Shown here in pieces: positions 1-9,544 of a DNA stretch of 64,000 nucleotides. This stretch comes from Lama guanicoe. Lineage: Eukaryota. Numbering within the stretch: the stretch's first letter is position 1; each line of letters begins with the position of its first letter. The position numbers and the translations under genes were made by a program. The stretch is taken from NCBI GenBank assembly GCA_013239625.1, contig MU055785.1:4154001-4218000 (forward strand), given 5' to 3'. A model generated the notes under the pieces. That model was not told the DNA's origin and made no database searches. It saw only the letters and a list, made by a program, of their open reading frames with translations.

Positions 1-400
1 AGCAGTTCCTCAAAAAGTTAAACAGAGTTACCAAGTGACCCATCAGTTCCACGGGAAGGACTTTACTCAAGAGAAATGAAAACGTTATTTCCAAACAAAA
101 CCTGTACACCAACGTTCAAGGCAGCATTGTTCATGACAGCCAAAAGCAAGCCAAGTCTCCATCAACTAATGACGGATGAACACAATGTGGCAGATGCCTA
201 CAACAAATTATTATTCAGACATAAAATGAAGTACTAACACATTCTACAACATGCATAAGCCTTAAAAACACTGGCTTTTAAGAAGCCAGACACAGATGAC
301 CACATAGTGTATGATTCCATTTATATGAAATGTCCTGAATAAGCTTGGAGACAGAAAGTTGACTGGTGGTTGCCAGACGCTTGACGGGCAGGGATAGAGA
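1..400 (+). mobile_element. Old L1 (L1M) 3' fragment
   Basis: Typical L1M 3' region (cagttcctcaaaaagttaaac...gtatgattccatttatatgaaatgtcc). Confidence 0.75.
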
Positions 401-769
401 GGTTATAGCAAAAGTGTTTCTTAGGCTGTGGGGAATCAGATCCAGGGAAATCTGTAAGACAAAAATTTTGCCAACAGTTTTAGGGGATTCAAAATCATCC
501 CCCTCACCACAAACCCATATGATTATGGACATAAATCATAAGTGTAAAAAAACAAAAAAAGGCACACTGTGGGGAAAAAAAAGAACAAGGTACACCAGAG
601 TGCTTAAAAGGTGGTTGTAGAGAAAGTCACAGAGTATGCAGCATCTGAGTCAATACAGGAAAAATTAGGAGTGTGCTAAGCTGAGAAGAAAGGAAAAGTC
701 ATCCCAAATAAAAAGACTTGATTCACAACACTGTAAATCAATTATACTTCAATTAAAAAAAAGACTCAA

Positions 770-1740
770 TTTTTTTTTTCAACCAATATCTGAATACAGA
801 TGAAGTGCCTGGCAGTACTCTAGGGACTGGGATTCTACGAACATCACAGACAAGGTTCCTGTTCTCCAGAAAATTACATTCTAGAAAGGAGAATGAGGGG
901 AGACAGATAAACAAGTAAATGATCAGAAATGCTCAGTAAGTGATGCCTACCACAAAGAAAGAAAGCAGGCCTATGGGCCAGGAACTGAAGTCACTGACAC
1001 TGTGTCACCTCGTGTGGCCTGAAGCAGTAACAGCCTCACCTGAACTGACAAGAGACTCACGGTGTGGAGATCCTGGAAAGGGAGTCTGCAATCTTGAGTG
1101 CAATAGGAATCCAAAGAATTATACACAAGGAAGCGCCGAGACTGTTGTTTGTTTTTTTTTTTTTTTCAGATTATCACCCCTCCAGCTGGATAGAGAACAG
1201 ACTGTAGGACAAGAAAGGAAGCAGAGATCTGTTTGTGGGTGACTACAGAGGTCCAGATGAGGTAGGCTGACTTATGGTGGCAGCAGTGACAACTGGGAGA
1301 GATGAACAGATTCAGGATCCACTCTGGAGGCAGAAGCCATGTTTTGCACATGGGGAGTAAGAGAAAGAAAAGCAGAAAGTATGTGTGGCTTGACTACCTG
1401 GTGAACACGAATGCCACACAGTGAGCCTGGGGAGGAAGTTTGGTGGTGAAGATCAAGAATTCTGTTTTGGCCAAGTATGAGAAGTACAATACATTCAAAA
1501 AGACAGGTCAAATAGGCAGCTGGATATAAGAATTCGGGGTTTTCTGGATAGGTCTAGGTGGAAGTTACAAATTAGGACAGCAACAGCATACATCTGGTAC
1601 TTAATGGTGCTAGGGATCAGCTGGGTCAGGTGGGGAGGAAGGTAGAGGTCTGAGTCCTGGCTCACTACAGCACCCACAGGTCCACTGGACAGAGAAATAA
1701 CAACATGTGACCATGAAGTGTCTGCAAAGTGGCAGAACAC
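770..1740 (-). mobile_element. L2 LINE remnant
   Basis: Degenerate L2 3'-end pattern (gtgcctggcagtactctagg...ggagtctgc...ctggatataagaattc). Confidence 0.6.
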
Positions 1741-2299
1741 TCAAGCCCGAGAAATACTTAGTTCATGAGAATGTCACCAAACACATCCTGGCCTACAAAA
1801 GAGGCTTCCAGCACTCGCCCTTCTCTTTGCGGGAGGCGGGACACAGCTCCCCCACCAATCTGCTGAAACTTGGATGACGATATCGTTTAGCGTTTATTTG
1901 GTATTCACCGCTAAATTTTACTTACGAACTTGACTCTTGAGAACGAAAAGGAGAGCTTTTCTAACTCCGTCGGAGGAGTATCATAAACCAGGGTGGTCCG
2001 GGGTACACCCCCGAGTATGCTCACGCTATGTGAAAGCCCAAACGCTCAACCCTGAACTTCTAAAACAAACTTACCATTCTCTCGGTAACATTTCCCACCT
2101 AAGCACCTTGCCTTTTCTCTCAGAAATTCCCACAGGGAATAAACTAAAGGGATGCGGAGGTGAAAAGAAAATTCCACAGAACGGGCACCCGGTGGGTCCT
2201 GTGGAGTCTCCCTGCGCACATTAATTAAATGTAAACCAGGCACACCTGTGCTGGCCCCGTAACTCGGCTGCTGAATGACCCAGGCAGCTCCACCTTTCT

Positions 2300-3100
2300 C
2301 AGTCCCGGATTCCCCCGCTGTAACACGGGGACACCACTCCCCACACTGCCGCGAAGATGAAGGGAGAAATGCAGGTAGGAAGCAGGTAGGCGGCCCTCAG
2401 GGTGACAAGCACAGCGTTAGGCCCCACAGCACCAGGTTTACGTCCCAGGTCTGCCCCTCCTCAAGCCGGGACACGAATGCCCACCTCTCCGGACCAGGCG
2501 GCCCGGCGCACCGGGCACTCGGGCAGCGCAGCTGCAGAGGCAGCTTCCCCCACCCAGGGAGGGGGGCGGCCACTGACCTGCTTGAAGGTGCTGGTGAGGA
2601 AGTAGACGAGCGAGAGCCCGAAGACCAGGGCGAGCACCCACCTCTTCCTCAGGAGCCGGCGCCACACCATGGCCGCCAGGTTCACCATCCCGGAGCGGAG
2701 CGGGGCAGGCCCGGGGCCCGGGCGGCATGGCCCCTACGCGGCCGGCAGCCCCATAGCTCGCGGCGGGCGCCGGCCCCGCGGCCCCCGGCCCAGCCAGCTC
2801 CCGGCAGCCACCCCGCGCCTCCTCACGTGATCTCGCCCCACGCACCGCCTCCACTCTCGCGTCACCCGCCGGCCTCGCTCGGCCCCCTCCTCATTGGTCC
2901 CTGCCGAACGGCGGCTCCCTATTGGCTAAAGCCAGGAAAGAGGGGCGGGCAATCGTGTGCGAGCGGCAGGTGCAGCTGTGCTCGGGTCTTAGCGCCGCGC
3001 CGGGAAACCTGAGAGACCCTGAGGAGAGGCCGGAAGAACTCGGAAGTCAGGTGCTCCTCGGGCGGCGCGAGTGATTGGCTTGGAAGGACGTGAATGATGC
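2300..3100. promoter_or_regulatory. CpG island / bidirectional promoter shared by SPRING1 (-) and RNFT2 (+)
   Basis: Very high GC and CpG density. Motifs: TCACGTGA 2823-2830; SRE-like CTCGCCCCAC 2832-2841; inverted CCAAT (ATTGG) at 2893, 2921 and 3074; GC box GGGGCGGG 2942-2949; tandem ETS CGGAAG at 3031 and 3041. Confidence 0.9.
2578..2688 (-). CDS. SPRING1: SPRING1 (C12orf49) first coding exon: N-terminal signal-anchor of the Golgi SREBP-pathway regulator / S1P cofactor
   Basis: Translates [37 protein letters not shown], which matches the recalled C12orf49 N-terminus. ATG at 2688 is in strong context (gggATGG). Phase-0 donor CAG|GTCAGT at 2578/2577. No further exons recognised in 1-2577, so the rest of the gene presumably lies left of the window. 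Confidence 0.96.
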
Positions 3101-3128
3101 CTCTGTGATTGCTGAATTGTCTGGGCAG
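3000..3128 (+). other. RNFT2: Candidate RNFT2 non-coding exon 1 (5' end uncertain)
   Basis: Lies at the downstream edge of the CpG island. Best donor-like site is CAG|GTAAAA at 3128/3129; an alternative is CAG|GTGCTC at 3050/3051. No transcript evidence available. Confidence 0.4.
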
Positions 3129-4404
3129 GTAAAAAGGGAACGTTATTTTTCCTCTCCGGGTATGATCAATGTAGTCTCCTGCCCTTGCAAGTCCTAGGGC
3201 GTTTCGGGCTAAACGTGGGTTGCAGGAATGAAAAACTCTCGCGGCATTGTATCTGAAGTGCACCTGCCTGCTTCCAATGCAAGTGTTGCAGGAGATGCTG
3301 TCTCGCGTGCATTTCTGTGCAGTCATGTAACGGCCCGGGGATGCAGCTTAAAACATCTCATATACTGTAAACTCTTGGTGAAATCCCTCTTAGAGATACA
3401 GTCTGATGTATGGAGCAGAGAGTGAAAAGGCGTTTTATTCATTCAGATGCATTCCATGTGCAAAAATTTTATTCCAGAATTCGATACTGGGAATAATTAT
3501 GTAAGGCCTGCTTCTAACAGAGAGTCTGAGGCCTCTTCGAAAATGAGCGTCTGAGAGTGGAATCTTGGATATTTGACTAAGGAGGCTGTGTCAAATTTGT
3601 GGATGGAAACTTGGGATTCTGTATTTTATTTTTCCCAAGGATTTGCAGGTGATGATAAATCATTGCAAGGAGAGCATTAAGACGAGATTGCAAGTTCTTG
3701 AAAAGTATTTACAGGATGACCTTTCCTTGATAGATGAAGATGGTGCTACTGACCCATTTCTTGGCTGATTTTCTCCAAAAGAGAAAGGAGGCGTAGCTGG
3801 TGGATTTTCTCTCTAATCAGTGGCCCTGGTAACACCAATGCTGTCCCCTGGAGAAAGCTGGTCACTCAACAGCCGATTATGGTGCTCTGAACTAAGCTTA
3901 GATACCATCATTTGTTCTGGTACCAAAAAGTATTCAAGGAAGCTAAACTAATGCATGTAAAGTCTCTGGCCTTTATTTCTTCTCTGGGATGAAAGATTAG
4001 GGAGGGAGCAACAGATATAAAAAATGATAAGTGAGAGACCCTTTGATGTTCTACTCACTGAGTAAATACTTGTTGAGTGCTACTCTGTGCCAGGCAGTGT
4101 TCTGGATACGGAGACAGAGGGGCAAACCAGGCAGACAGATTCTTGCTTTTGTGGAGTTGACATTCTAATGGGGGACAGATCATCAATAAATAAGAAAACA
4201 TGTAAATAAATAAGTTTTATAAAGAAGGTAAAACAGGGCAATGTATGTTGGGTCAGGATGGTGAGAGGAGATGGCCTCTGGGAAGAGGTGACATTTGACC
4301 TGAAGGAGCCAGAAGGAAAAGCATTCTAGGGAGAGAGAGCAGCAAGGACAAAGGCCCTGAGGCAGGGAAATGCTGGCTTGTTTGAAAAACAAGAAGGCCA
4401 GTGT

Positions 4405-4793
4405 GAAGTGAATGAAGGGCTGCAAATGGCAAAATATCTTTCTTATAGGCGAGTTGTATCCCATTACTTGTATATGCTCCATCTTCTTTATCCATTCATC
4501 TATTAATGTGCACTTAGGATGTTTCCATATCTTGGCAATTATAAACAATGTTGCTGTTAATAGCGGGGTGTATCTTTTTGAATTAATTCTTATTTTGTGG
4601 TTGGCTTTATTCCTTTCTTAAGTTTAAAAAGCTAAAGCTCTAAACATACTTAGAAACCATGAATAGTACATAAATGTAAAATTTAAAAGTATGTACAGTA
4701 TAATGTGTATATGTATTTACGTGCAATATATATTGCATATGTGCAGTCAAATTGTGACAATTCTACCTAATTAAACTGGGGAAAAAATTTTTA
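4405..4793. mobile_element. L1 insertion (inverted 5' part, sense 3' tail) inside an L2
   Basis: Antisense L1 3' sequence at ~4420-4590 and an L1-type terminus aattaaactggggaaaaaa at ~4770-4787. Flanking direct repeat AAGGCCAGTGT at 4394-4404 and 4794-4804. Confidence 0.6.
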
Positions 4794-5171
4794 AAGGCCA
4801 GTGTAGTTGGAGGAGAGTAGTTAAAGGGAGAGTGGAAGAAATGAGGTTGGAAACAGGTGAGGCTACATCAGGCCAAACTTGTAGGCCAGGAACAGAGCTT
4901 GGGTTTTATTCAGATTGCAGTGGGTAGCCTTCAGGGGGCCTAACACATGTTTTTTGTATTCCTCAATCAGGACTCAGGGCTTGACAATAGGATAAGATCC
5001 ATTAAAATCATAACCATCCTCAAGGGTCCCAAGGAGGGATCAGTGAGAGGCTAACCAGAGATATGGAGGCAACAGAACCATCTACTGATAGCTACCCATG
5101 AAACCGTAAGGCCTAGTCTCAGGTTCCAGGCATCTCGTGGACTGTTCACTTAAGTGTTCTATTCCTTCCAG

Positions 5172-5320
5172 GGTTTGAAGGCTTTGGTAAGCTCCTGTGA
5201 CCTGGGCATCCCTTTAGAGAGGAAGAAGAGGCCTGCTTTCTCTGGAATCCAGTGGTCACACCCCGATCTGGAGCCCCACATACCCACCTCAGGTGTCGTC
5301 AACATGGAGTTCTAAAGTCC
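5172..5320 (+). other. RNFT2: RNFT2 5'UTR part of the first coding exon
   Basis: Acceptor ttctattccttccag|G at 5171/5172, upstream of the ATG at 5321. Confidence 0.65.
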
Positions 5321-5344
5321 ATGTGGTTCCTCACAGTCAGCCAG
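5321..5344 (+). CDS. RNFT2: RNFT2 coding exon 1 (MWFLTVSQ)
   Basis: Matches the recalled human N-terminus MWLFTVNQ. Donor CAG|GTGACC, phase 0. Confidence 0.85.
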
Positions 5345-5829
5345 GTGACCTGTCTCCCTGAGAATTCACATCTTCATTCCCACTTTATTAAATGTGAGAG
5401 CTGGAAGGAAGCTTTGAGTTCAGACACTTCACCTTCCATTTAACCATGAGGATTCTGAGGCCACAAAGAGATTACTGATTTGCCTAGGGTCACAAATGAG
5501 CCTCAGTCCAGAATCCATATCTCCTATCAGTCTGCTGCTCACTTCACCTGCAACATTTCTTTGCTGCCCAGTTCACTGCTTTCTTCTCTCATGTAGCGAC
5601 TTCCTCTACCTCCGGGCTTCTCCTCCTTATCTGTGAAAAGGGGTGATGACACTTTCCTCATGGGTCAGAACATTGATTTGAGGGTGAAATGGTGTAACAG
5701 ATCAAAACACGGTGTGCAAAATGTCAATGAGCTCTAGGGATGTAAGAGACAAGTAGTCCTTGTTTACGGTTACCATGGCAATCTGGGAGTGTTGGGAGAC
5801 TCTGGCTCATGCCATATGTTGACTTTTAG

Positions 5830-5888
5830 GTCTTAAGGAAAATGCAGAGACGCCACAGCAGCAACACGGATAACATTCCACCCGAAAG
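5830..5888 (+). CDS. RNFT2: RNFT2 coding exon 2 (VLRKMQRRHSSNTDNIPPE-R)
   Basis: Acceptor ttttag|G, donor AAG|GTAGGC; 59 nt, phase 0 to 2. Confidence 0.93.
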
Positions 5889-6128
5889 GTAGGCATCCCC
5901 TCATTCCATCTGAGGGCTCTGGGCTTAGGGTGGTCAGAGGCAACCCAAAGCTGGATTGAATGATACCTGCCCCTCAGGGCTCCTTGTCAGAATTGCAAAG
6001 GAGATCTGATGGGAAACTGCTTTGCACAGTGATGGCCCCACCCCTTCAACACATGACAGCTTGCTGTTGCTATGATGGTAATTCTCAAAGCCTGTGCAAC
6101 CAGTGAGCCACTTGACTTGTTGTCTCAG

Positions 6129-6628
6129 TGATTGTGCCCAGGGGATTTTCATTTATCCAGGGGTCTGAGTGGTAACATGGCGAGGCTGATGACATTGAAA
6201 GAAGATTTTTATTACTTGCATTTCCCAAGAGGAGAGGGCATGCCAGGCACCATGCAGGGCCACCTGGGGAATCACCAGGGTCAGTCAGGAGGCAGAAAGG
6301 AGCAAAGGGAAAGCATAGGTCACAGCGTTTATTGTGTTTTCCACACAAAGTAGGGCAAGGCACGGGAAGCAGCTTAGGACTGGCTAGTCTGAATGATGTC
6401 GGTGGGCTCTAGGCTACAGGAGTGGTCTCTAGTTTTCTGGGACCTAGCTCTGGGTAAATTGGGGCAGAGGATATATTGGCTGAGGATGTAAGTTAGATTA
6501 AGGAGGTGGTTGGGGATCTGAGCTCTGGATCATAGGGGAGTTGTACACAACTTTGCCCATTAGTTGGGCCCAAAATGAGTAGATGCCAAATAGACAAATA
6601 CAGAATCTAAGAAAACACAGTTATAACA
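6129..6628 (-). mobile_element. Solo LTR (ERVL-class-like), 500 bp
   Basis: TG...CA termini flanked by an exact 5-bp TSD CTCAG (6124-6128 and 6629-6633). Family and strand are tentative. Confidence 0.7.
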
Positions 6629-7199
6629 CTCAGGAGCTAGAATTTCTATCTCATTAAGCCCAGGAGAATACAGCCCCTGGGTACCTGTTCTCAGGTTGTG
6701 ATAGTCTTCCAGTCCCAGACCCCCACCATTCTAGTGCCTACATCCAAGGAGGAGGCAGGCAAACTTTCCCTCCCTCACATCATATTCCAGGTCCCCTGCA
6801 ATACTGAGGTTGGCTACAAAATCACAAAGAGTATCCACCAGTCCGAACACTGGGGCTGAATTTTGCATCAGGCCTGCCTGTTCTTCAGGGAGGAACACTG
6901 GCCTTAAGTCAGACAACCCTTGGCCAAAAATCCCAGCTCAGCGACCTCCCACTTCAGTGCCTTTGGCAAGCACCTTCACCTCTAGGCCTCGGTTTCCCCA
7001 TCCATAAGTGGCAGGTAACAAAACTCAGGGTTGCTTATAAATGAGTGAATGAGTATGAAAAGACACAAACACAGCATCTGGCATATAATAAGCATGGCTC
7101 TTGGAGCTTTTCCAGCCTTTGGAGACAGAATTACTGTCTACTCTCCAGTGAATCACGAGATCTTTGGGGGCAGAGACCATGCCAGAAAAAACCAAGGCC

Positions 7200-7380
7200 A
7201 CTGTGTCACCTTCACATGAGCCTGCAGAAGTCAGGACTGTTTTTACTACCATTTTACAGATGAGGAAACCGAGGCTCAGAGAGGATAAGTAAGTGACTTG
7301 AAGTCACACAGTCAGGAAGTGGCAGGGCTGAGATTTGGGCCCTGGTCCATTTGACCCTGCACAGTCTGTTCTCTGAGACA
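7200..7380 (-). mobile_element. MIR SINE (representative; many more copies, e.g. ~9650-9950, 11230-11410, 14340-14550, 17200-17640, 34450-34700, 44530-44760, 58980-59200, 63400-63600)
   Basis: MIR core ccattttacagatgaggaaaccgaggctcagagagg...aagtgacttg...gtcacacag. Confidence 0.8.
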
Positions 7381-7999
7381 CCACATTTCAGCTGCCTGGG
7401 TGGATCCACTCCTCTCCCAGGCTGCCTCACGCTCTAACCCTTAAGTGGTTAAGTTAGAAGCACAGCCTCTGCCCTCTAAGGAATGTTCTTTCCCATTTAG
7501 GCTGAAATCTCAGCTGGATGCTGGGGGGAGGCCAGGGAAAGGGAGGCTAGCTATAAAAAGGCCCTTGGTGGGTTGAGTCTTCCCTGGTTGTACTGGAGGC
7601 CCCTGAGCCCAGTGAACGCAGAGTGCTGGCCAGCTCAAGGTGGGAAGGAGGTTTCAGGGCCCCATGGGGCAGTGAGGGAGAGAGGGTGGGCCACCGTGGG
7701 CACCTGCTAGGACTCCTGCTTTCTGAGCTTAGCTTCTTGAAGTACAGAGAAAGCTCAAGGCCCCCTGAGGATCATATCCATGGTGTTAGTTGTTGTTGTC
7801 ATTATTAATACTATTGTTATTATTATCCCAGACCCAAGGGAGCAGGACCACACATTTCCTGGACTTCTGGAGCCAGCAGGGATGATGGGCCATGGGAGGT
7901 CGGGGAGTGGGTAGGCATCTTCAAGTTCCCTCCCTTGCAACAGCTTTATGATGTTACCTCCAGGTCAAGTTTGTGAGGCCAATGAAGCCAACCCCAAGA

Positions 8000-8165
8000 T
8001 TTCTCCAGACCAACATCTCCCCTGCTGAATTTCACAGGTGTTCTGCAAGATGTGAATAGGTTTTCCATGGAAATAATCCTGTGGTCAAATAAGTTGGGGA
8101 AACACTAGGTTTAAACAGAGTTAATTTTTTCACTTGCAGGCCTTCTCAGAGCCTTTAGTACGCTC
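8000..8165. mobile_element. MER103-like DNA transposon fragment (a similar copy at ~32590-32790)
   Basis: ctgtggtcaaataagttggggaaacact...ggccttctcagagccttta resembles the recalled MER103 consensus. Confidence 0.5.
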
Positions 8166-8294
8166 ATTCATTATCTCAAGTAATATTTATTGAGCATATT
8201 CTATGTGCCAGGTGCATTGTGCTGGGTAGAGGAGATCCACAGGGGAGCCAAATCATGGCCTTTGACCTCAGGGAGCAGAGCCCAATCTAATGTG

Positions 8295-8465
8295 CTGTTC
8301 TCAGTGCTGACTGCCTGTTAGAATCACCCCGAGGGCTCTGAAGACAGAGATGCTGGAGTCCACCCCCAAAAATTTTGACTCAGTTGATCAACACTGGGTC
8401 TAGGGCACTGGTGTTTTTCAAAAGTTCCCCCGAGTGATTATAACATATGCCCAGGGTTGAGAGGC
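8295..8465. mobile_element. MER5-type hAT element
   Basis: gttagaatcacc...aaaagttccccgagtgattataac...gccagggttgaga. Confidence 0.6.
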
Positions 8466-9065
8466 ACAGGTAAGCAGTAGAACAATAACTGTGATCAGTC
8501 CCATGCAGAGGAGGTCAGGGTGCAGTGAGGGCAAAGAACAAGGAGACTGTCGTTGTGTGGGAGGTAGGCAAGGCTCCACCCAGCAAGAGAGATTCGAACT
8601 GAAGTCTGACTCGTGAGCATAGGTTACCCAGGTGGGCAGTGTGGGGTGTGGGTAGACAGCCGGCGAAGGGGCCGGCCTGGGCAAAGGCCCTACAGTAGGA
8701 AGCTCTTGGCTAGTGAGAAGAGGACACATGATGAATTTGAAGTTCAGGCCCAGATAATCCAGGGCATCCAGCAAGTTCATCTCTCTGAGCATTGGTCTCT
8801 CTATCTGTAAAATGGGAATGATATTAGTCCCTATCTCTAGAGTTTATCCGAGACCACAGGAAGGAGTTTCAAATGGGAAGCCCTTTTAGTGGGCTATTGA
8901 AATAATCGAATGTATGCTTTTTTTTTTTTAATGCACCCTGGTCTCTGAGTGAATAGATTATATACAGTCGAGTGTGGAAGCAGTGTAAAACCTCCCCTGT
9001 AGCCTCCCTCTGGTGTCATTTTGTGCCTGAGTGCTAGCTAGACTTTTTCTTCCCTTCTGGCCCAG

Positions 9066-9544
9066 AAATCGCAGCCAAGCTCTCAGCTCAGAGGCTAGTG
9101 TGGATGAAGGGGGCGTCTTTGAGAGTCTGAAGGCAGAAGCAGCCTCCCCACCAGCGCTCTTCTCAGGCTTATCCGGCCTTCCCACTGGCAGCCTCCCTGC
9201 CACCCCGTTCCCATCCAGCCTGGTGCTGGGGGCCTCGGCTAGCGGCGGGGACGTGTTCATCCAGATGCCTGCATCCAGGGAGGAAGGCGGGGGTCGCGGC
9301 GAGGGGGGCGCCTACCACCACCGCCAGCCCCATCACCACTTCCACCATGGTGGCCACCGTGGGGGCTCCCTGCTGCAGCATGTTGGCGGGGACCACCGTG
9401 CACACTCCGATGAGGGGGGCGATGAGCAGCCGGGGACGCCTGCCCCAGCCCTGTCCGAGCTGAAGGCTGTAATCTGCTGGCTCCAGAAAGGCCTGCCGTT
9501 CATCCTGATCCTTCTGGCCAAAGTTTGCTTCCAGCATAAGCTTG
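9066..9544 (+). CDS. RNFT2: RNFT2 coding exon 3 (disordered Gly/His-rich region and first TM segment)
   Basis: Core of ORF 9031..9636 (NRSQALSSEAS...HHRQPHHHFHHGGH...GLPFILILLAKVCFQHKL). Acceptor cccag|A, donor TTG|GTGAGT; 479 nt, phase 2 to 1. Confidence 0.96.

Noticed and set aside
2275-3012. 245-aa plus-strand ORF across the promoter
   Set aside because: Pro/Arg/Gly-rich product typical of stop-poor CpG-island DNA; antisense to SPRING1 exon 1 and has no recognisable domain.
4722-4737. 16-bp palindrome TGCAATATATATTGCA
   Set aside because: Built on a TA run within an L1-derived insert; expected by chance.
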